In this document: piece after piece, positions 38,452 through 47,400 of the stretch | Layout of the letters: each line of letters opens with the position of its first letter | Numbering within the stretch: position 1 is the stretch's first letter | Origin: Giardia intestinalis | Taxonomy: Eukaryota | Length of the DNA: 64,000 nucleotides | Direction: 5' to 3' (one strand) | NCBI GenBank assembly: GCA_000002435.2 | Contig: CM018789.1 | Made by a program: the position numbers and the translations under genes | Notes under the pieces: model-generated | The model's database searches: none | What the model was told of the DNA's origin: nothing | The model's input: the letters and a program-made list of their open reading frames with translations, nothing else

Positions 38452-41400
38452 CTATTTATATATGAGCTTTGCGATGTAACCCACCTTGACCACCTCCTTG
38501 TTTAATTGCCACATAAGGATCTGGCGCAAGGTCAGTAGAATGATAACTTCAGCGACGACAATCCAAAGCGAAATCACAGTCACCTGCTGAGAAAATCCAC
38601 TATTATAATCCGTTAACAGAAGAAGGAAGTTTTGTAGCTTCCCTAGTGCACCTCCCAGCGAGGATAACCACGTTATATAATCATGATAGAATGAAGTGGA
38701 CGCTTTGACGTGGTTGCCAATCTTATAGGTGCAGTCTATGAACTGAGTAAAGGTTGGTCCGGACTCCATGATGCTGCCATAGATCCTTTCTTTAGTCTCT
38801 GTTTGTTCTACTTTCTTGGACACCACATTGATCAGCATGGAGAGGGCATTGATATCGTGTACGAGCATGTCTTTTGTTAGCTCTCCGTACTGTCCCTGAG
38901 AGAGTACAACTATATGTTTGAAAGAGCTTCCTATGGCTCTCCGGAAATAGTAGAGAAACTGTGCCATCATGGAATAAAGTTGAAGATCAATCTCGGCGGC
39001 AGAAAGACGGATAATAGAGTAGGCCATTATAAAAACTATCGTAAAGATTACGAGCGAAAATATCGACGCATATACTATGAGAGTCGACGTACTGTACTGG
39101 AATATCAGAGGCTTGGTGCTGAAGATATTGCAAAGTTTTTTCAACGAGGCCACGAAGTTCTGTGAGACATTCTTTAGTTTTTGTGCTTGCAAATGGCACC
39201 TAAAAGGTGATTGCGAGCGTGCTTTATTTATTTCAAAAACGGCTCTCATGTCCACTGGATCTTTTTCTTCAGTTTCTCTGTTTGGTGCTATCTGATTTCC
39301 ACCGGGTGTCTCAAACCAACCCTGTTGCTGCTCACTCTTCAAGTTCTCTACATTTTCCACAGTTTCCACACACTCGTGGCATCTATACAATGGTATGGCA
39401 TGCTTGCACTTATACATGTGCTTTGTATTTGCATGCAGGAAGCCCGTTGGAAGAAACTGTACCGCGTTAGGAAGATGCTTTAGATATGCTTTGCTACACT
39501 GCAAATGCTTTATTGCGTGATAGGAGCAGGACGTGCCCTTGTCATTGAGGTATACCACCTCGGATATGAGACCATCTAGGCAGCTCGCGCAAAGATGCTT
39601 TGGAAATAGCATGCGTACAAATGCAGGGTATATCTTTATCTCATTACAATGCTTGTATAGATATTTTTGCAGGATCTTCTTTGAGTTTGTGTGCAGAGAC
39701 AGTTCAGGTCCAGTGCGGCAGTAGTCCACCGCAATTTCCATGTCGCCTGCGTCGGGGTATACCAGAACAGCAGTAAAATCCGGCCGTTCTGTGATGAGCT
39801 TTTCAGGATTATAGGATATTCGCTGCTGGATCTCGCTCCGTACCAATTCTCTCATTTCCGTGGTTAGCTTAATATACTGGTAGAGGTCAGCATCTGGAAT
39901 TTCCGTGATGCTTACTACTCTGTACACATTATTACTTTTAGATAGAATTACAATAAAGGCGGGCTTGAGGTATCGCTTGCCTTCAATGATGAGGTCTGGT
40001 GTCCCCAGAGTATCGTAATAAATAAGCGATCCAGATTGCATAAAGAAAGCAATGAGCAAGAGCACAATGATAGCCATGGTATACGCTATTATCCGCACAT
40101 ATGGAGGCGTCAAGCGCATCTTTTTCTCTACCATTTGGGCTAGACTAGCAAGGGACGCATTAGTGACTATTACCTTCTTGCCATGTGTGCGTATAAAGTA
40201 TAGTTCCTCGTGCTCCTTGTTGACGCTAATCCTATCAGCAACGTTCATTACAGCGCCTTTGATCATGGCTGAATAAATATCGAAAGTGTTGGATAGACTA
40301 CTATATGTGTAGACAAGAGCTAATTTCACGTCATCGAGCCTGTGCACGTGAAGCCCCAGCGCCATTTCATTGAGTCGTAAATCCGCTTCCGGTAGATACA
40401 GCAACGAGCTTTCGGTAGATGGAAGCATACTTGAAGCAACTGAGGATCTGAGCAAGCTGTTTATAACGTGATAGTAGTATTCATAAATCATGCTACAAAG
40501 AGTTAGACTGTGTGAGCTATTGTAATGAACCAGTTCAAGAAGCTTCTCGACATGGGTGGGATTGCCTTGAGCAGAGGAAGCGATAGTGTGCAGAAGAGCT
40601 TGAACACCCTCATCTGCTATGATATTTGTGTAGACGCCGGTGTGTGGCATTATTTTGATGTCTTCAGTAGCAAATAAGGGCATGCTCAGATTCAAGTTGA
40701 GGAGGACGGAATGAAACTCAACAAATCTAGTTCTAGTTTGTGATCTGTTCGACATTGTCAGGTTGAGGAGCGTCAAAGTATTGATGTCGCCCAACAAGTT
40801 TTGATATAACTGCATTGTATCCATAAACATGACTATATCGGGTTCAGCCCGTGTGTACGTGAGATTCTTCAACGATCGGATATCTATGATAAGGAAGGCA
40901 AGGACAACAAACTCCAAGATCCAACGGAGCACGCTAATCGATCCAAAGATGTACTGGGGAAGTGTGAAGCTGTGAAAAACACGTCTTAGGAGCAATAATG
41001 TAAGAAAAATGTCACAACATATCATCGAGGACAGCATCACACACAGAACCGTCACCGTCAACAGCCTATCAGCCTTGATGATTGTTACTTGAGACGCCTT
41101 TTCATAGGTTAGTTTGTTTATTGCAGCGTAATGATCAAAGATCGGGGTGAGATACTCTAGCGCAGACATGTATTGAAATATGGTTTGCTTATTAATTTTG
41201 TCAAATTTTTTTGGACAATCTGTGTATATGAACCCTAGCGCCGTATTGGATTGAACTGTTTTTTGACAAAAAATATTAGCCATGGCGATTCTCATTTGTA
41301 TGGCCTCTGCAATCACTTTGTACGCATAACTATTGGGCGGCTGCAGTGAGTCGAAGACAGCTGCGCATGAACTAAATTCGGGATTGAAGGACAAGTAAGA

Positions 41401-44400
41401 TGACATGTTGTTATTTCCAAAATAATCAGTAATGGCATCAGACACCAATGTCTTATGCCATTGATCTTCCGGGGGCTTATTTGTGAACTTTATCGCTAGG
41501 GACTCTGCGATGTAGTCCTTTCCGTATAGAGTGAACAACTCACCAAAAGCCTGATCAAAGTAATGCTCCGTTGTTGCTCGCTGGATAAGATCGTTATAAA
41601 AGCCACCATCTGGGCACATAAAAGCTAATGTATACCCCATGGAACGCAATTCGCTATTCAAAAGCTCCATGTTATACTCTGCAAGTTTCAAGATAATGCT
41701 AGAGGACTCTGGATACAGGGTCATCATCGCTTCTATTTGAAACTGTATCCCAGTGTTAAGTTCTGCCCAATCTGAAACTGTAGTGGGGGTACCAAAGAAG
41801 GAATAACTCATAGCTTTGGATGATCTTTGTAGCAATAAAGCGTAGACATTTGCTAGGTCATATGAATATGAGTTCTGCCTCAACTTATCGTTATAGTATG
41901 CACGTTGGTTGATGTAGCGCATGTCATCCAGAAAAGCTAGCGAGATCCAGAAAATGAAGAACAGAATTCCAATCAGAAAGCGCCAGCCCCACTGCTGCTT
42001 CCAAACGACAGTTTTACACCTAGAGCAGTTTGCTACATCCTGGGTCTGCTCGTTGAAATCACGCCATTCGTTTTGTAGACAAGCCGAGATGTCTTCTGAA
42101 AACGCCCCTAACTTGAAGCTGACGGTATCTGTCATAGCATCATCAATATTGAGGTTAACTCGCTGAGAAAGCGGCTCACTTTCGACAGACAAAATGCTCT
42201 GACTAGTTTGAGAACAACATGGTGAGAGATTAGAAAGTTGTGTGGCCGCGCTGGTTGCGGGCGGGATCAGCTCGGATTGTATTTGCATTCTTGCATAATC
42301 GTTACTAACATTGGAAGAGGAGTGGCTGATGTTAGTTCCATTTAGAAGCTGCTTCATAGTGAAGAGCATGGTTGCGTGGTTGGCCAGGACGTTGTTCTTC
42401 TTGTATACTGGGTTAGTGTCCAGGTCATAGAGCCCGCCTATACCGTAATTGTCAATCACATCCATTAAATAATTAGATAAGATGCATCGAAGGCTGTTAT
42501 TTTTCCTAAAAAGCCAGTAAAGCAATCTTGTTGTGTACACACACGCAAATAATACGCACACAATCTGTGCTAAAAGAGGAATAACTACTAATGACGGGTT
42601 AAAGCCGATTACCTGCTCTTCCATGCTATGCAAGGAGAGTGTGAGGTAGTCGTCAACATCTCTGCTTGTCAAGGGCGTTTGGTAAAATGTAAAGGTGTTG
42701 ATACCTGGGAAGAATGACAGCAAGATATCCCCTATCTTCTGTTCATAAGTTAGCTTATTAGTGATCGACGATGGCACGGTGTCTTGGTCAAGCAAACTAC
42801 TATAGTACATATATTGCAGCTTGTTTAAGAGGAAGGATTGCTGTGCTTGCTCCAGGGTGTCCTTGTAGAGGCCCTTATCAGAGACAGATTGAAAGTGCAT
42901 TTCTGTTTGATAACAATTAAGCTCATTGACAAATTTGGCAAAAATGCTTTTTCCATCTGAGTCAGTGATTGTATTAAGGAGGGAGTAGGTATTCTGTTCT
43001 GTGTCCTGATAGTAGGTGATGTTCAGTTTCTTGTAGAGTCCGCTGAGGGCATAGATGATGCCGCTACCAAAATTTATTAAAATATCTGAAATGGGTGACC
43101 AAGACACAAAAACTGGCATATCTAAATGGAAAAATTGACGGAAGTACTGCCTGCTATCTAGTCTTTTTTCCATATCTTCTTGCGTTGTATCTACATATGA
43201 CTCCAATAGAGAGTAATCAACTATATTGATCAAAAACGTATTTTCCAACGTACGTGGCTGCATGCTATAAGCTATTTCACTAAATGGGTGTGCAGCAAAC
43301 GTCAAGTACCTACCTTCTGGATCGTATCGAAGGGACGGGCATGATAATAGGAGTATAGGGTCTGAAATATAGGCTTTCGGGGTGAGATTCATGTCACGTA
43401 CACCGCTGTATACGTTAGCAAACTCTGGGGACACGTTGTAGGCTGGGCATGCGGCAAGCGAAAGGTCAATGATGTGCTCCAATTCGTGGGAGACTGGAAT
43501 GTACAGCTGAAACAACACCGCAAATACTATTGTTAGGGTGGAAAGAATATGCGAGAGATAAAGCTTCATGAAGAGAAGCAGCTTAACATATGCATTTTTG
43601 ATGGTGACCAAACTAGAGTGTGTGAGCCCGTCCAGAATCAAGTTAGGTTGCCCAGCACCTGTGGAAAACTCAGTAAATGGACTAGGCGAAGAAGGCGTTG
43701 CCGCTGTCGTATTCAAGAGCGTCATCATCAACTTGGCTATATATTTCTGGTACTGATCTCCAATGATACTGAGTAGATAATCTCGGTTATAGAACCGTGT
43801 GTCTAACTTCTTAAACGCGTAAGAGACAGAGTTATTCTCAGGTTGGAACCAGATGTTATCGAACTGTGCGTTCTGTTTAGTGTCATGTTTCAGAACTGAA
43901 AACAATGCCTCCATGACAGGGTCGTCCGCTGAGACAGGGAGAACGTAATTGGGGAGAGCAGAGACAGAGGAGTATAGACCACGATAGTAGGACAGGGCCA
44001 TTAGCTGCCCCATAAGGTTAAGAATTGGCACATATCTACTGAGTTGTTTAACAAGTGCCAGGTACCACGTAAAGAAAAAGAGGATAAGCAGGATCACCAC
44101 CAGTGCAAAGACGGCAATAAAATGGCCTAGCTCTGCGTACTCTTGCCGCATTCGCTGAATCAGATTGAACTCTACCTCGCGGTCAATCCCCTTAAAGACC
44201 CCAATAGGCTTCACGTCATTATTGCGTGTTTTACCTGTGTGTGTCTCTGCAAGTGCATCATCTTCCACATCCCCCGGGGCACTGGGAAGCAGCTGGGGTG
44301 TGAGAGCAGGTGGTCCTCTGATAAAGCGGATGGGGAAGTAGCAGGGGTAGATCCTTGATGAGACGTCGTTGATTGCCTGATATATGGTGCACAGCGCTGT

Positions 44401-47400
44401 TTTGACGCTCATTCCGATAGTTCCAGTGTTTGAGCTAAGCAGTACCAGCTTGCACACAATCTGCGATACACATTTGCTATTGCGAAAGCCTGAAAACGTA
44501 GCTACGATCTTCTCAAAGTAAAAGTTGAACTCGTGCTTTGTCTTGACGGTTGTCAAAAGCTTGGTTGCCGTTTTAGCCAAATCAGAGCAGATTCTTATGA
44601 ACCGTAACTGAGACCGCTGAATCCTGTTGGTTTTGCTTGAGATGGATATAACCTGAAATAGACTGTCATCAAAAAGACGTGTTGCGACTTCAGCACGTTC
44701 ACAAGCAAGTTGTTCGGTAGACTTAGAAAGCGGGACATGTCTGTTGGGCCTTATACCGTAGTTCTCACTGGTCAGCTCGAGATTTGCTGTGTTCCTTAGA
44801 GCGTCCAATGAGCTTCCAGGCCTCTTATTAGGCCTTTTAGGCTCTGCTCTGGGCATATTAACATAGACGTTCAGGCTTGCCGTTGCACTATCGCTGAAGA
44901 GAAAGTCGTGAATAGTCAGAGGGTACCTGTGATGGTCCTTACCTTTGAGTATGTCAAAAAGCTGTGCATAGGTTCCATTTCCCTTTAGCATGAGGACTGC
45001 GATTCTTTTGTGAATAGAGCATCGGCCAAGAAGAGACTCTCGACAAAGATGGCACGCAGAGGTGAGGGATTCTGCCGAATTCCTAAGTACACCGACATAG
45101 TGATCAAGATCAGGACCATTGCGCTTGATCAAGTGCATGATGTGACGTGCATTGGTGTTCCGAAAGGCTTCGGCCACTGTTGTGAAGGATGGAGTTAACG
45201 GAGTCCCATTCTGGGCCGTGACGCTATTGCTCATATCACTCTGAGCTCTATCCTTGAAGTGTAACGAGTTAATTATAAGGTCTCGAGTTGCGTTCTTTTT
45301 CTCAATAAATGGTCTGCGATTAAGGTCGGACATTATGTAGTCTAGTAACAAGGTGCTAAGATGTATGTTTTGTGCCTTGGAATTAGGTGGGGCAGTGCTT
45401 GTGGCAAACTGTTCGCTGGTAAAGTATCCTGCTCCTAAAACCTGTAGGGCACACGCTTGCTCGTACTGAATCAGATGCTTTTTACGCCAAGAGTAGGGCA
45501 GCATATTGTAGAAGTAACTATTGTAGTCGATGCGGTGCACCAAAGTAGAGAGATACTCTGGCGTTACACGGGAGCAATTGTATTTTGATATCGGACCATA
45601 GATATCAAAGATGTTGTCAGTAGAGTAGAAGCTTAACAAGTATGTATAGATGTTCTCCAAGGCTGTTCTATTGTGAAAGTCCCGATGCTTGATAGAGTTC
45701 ATGGATGCCTTGAAATTAACCAGTGGAAGATAGAACGAAAGAGACTCCAGATGAAATTCATATCTGAGCGTCTCTAGCAAGACTAGTATCGTGGGATTGT
45801 CGAGTTCTTCTTGGAATAGAGTGAGGTAGAGCTTCAGACAGTGCTTGAGTGCTGCTTGATAAGCATTGAGTTCTATCTTTAAAAAGCGCATCACCTTGAC
45901 CGAGTCAAAGTCGGTGTACATGTGACTAATCGTAGAAAACATGGAAGAAATGACTGGGTTTGCTTTATGCTTGCTAAGACGTAGATGTGATGAGATCATG
46001 AACGCATACATTTTTATCTTGAACAAGTGCTCAATGGCTTGCTTATAAAATCCACTGGCCTGCTTGAACAGCATTCTTCCGCAAATGGTGTGGTTTTGCG
46101 AGGGACTAATAAAGTGATGCAGAGAGTTTAGCTCTGCATACAAGACCTTTAAGCGGGGGCTTTCGCGAGACAGTATTTTCATACCCTTTCTAAAGCATAG
46201 GCCATTGGTCAGTTTCGAGAAGGCAGAAGGGTCCGACATGGAGTTAGTTGATGTCACAATGTGATCCTTCATCTTTAGTTGCCTCAGATTTTCCTCTAGA
46301 AAGGCGTAACCGTATTGCCTCGTAGGATCATCATCTCCGCAAGACGGCGCCTCTTCTTCTCCGTCGCTTCCAGGCTTCCACTGAGTGGCTACCTTCACAT
46401 GCGTGGGGCTCTCGCTAAGCCTGGTTGCGCCGCCTTCCATCATTGAGTCAAGAAATTCGTAGAAATTGGTTCTACAAAAGATTTGAAATTCCTTTACCCC
46501 TTCTAGCTCAAAGTTGCTGATAAGAAAGAGAATAAATTGATAGTACAACTGGCTCACTTCGTAGAGCAGAGAGAATAGTTTGAACTGTTGTGCGATCAAG
46601 TATGCCAGATTCTCGGGGGTTGTGAACAACTCAGGGCCCATGTAAATTTGTGTTAGCTGCGACAGAACAACCTCGTATGCTTGAAACCAATTTTGCACAT
46701 CCTTACTTTTCCGCTGGAACTCCTTGTGCATGGAAAAATAGTCCAACTCTGGAGGCAGGAAATCGGTGTCATCTTTGCCAGAGCCTCCACTTCTGGAAAT
46801 AGATCTAGAGTTAGGAAAGTCTTTGCTGGCAGCCCCGGCACCAGTGCTGGCACTCCTATCAGCTGCAAATCCGGATCTAGGTTCAGATCCAAAGGGAGAC
46901 GGTTGGTCAGGGATCTTTGCATTTGGGTGGACCTGGCAAGATGCTTTAGTCTCCAGTTCCTCAATCGCCTTGAGCACCCCATAAACCTCATTTTTTGTGA
47001 TGACATCAGATAACTTTATCAGCTGAACTCTGCACTGCATCTCCAGCCGCCGTTTAACTAACTTGTTAATAAACAATGCAAAGTAGTTTGTCCTGGGCGC
47101 AATATCCACGGTGTTCAGAAGTTGGTAGCAGTCCAGCAAACGGTGGTAGGCAGTTAGGTATTGGATATAGTGAGAGCCCTGCTTACAGAAGTGGGGACGA
47201 TTCTTTATCATGAAAATGGTGCGCTTGAAAATCTCAAACAAAAAGACGTGGACAAGAAACATGCTAAAGATGATTCTTTCAAGCTGATAGTTAAGTTGAA
47301 GAAGCAGAACGTCGGTAATATGGTTAGAAGACGATGACCTGTGTAGCGAGCTACGCCCAAAATTGAGAAGGCTTTCTCTGTTCGTAAGCAGCCCTTCATA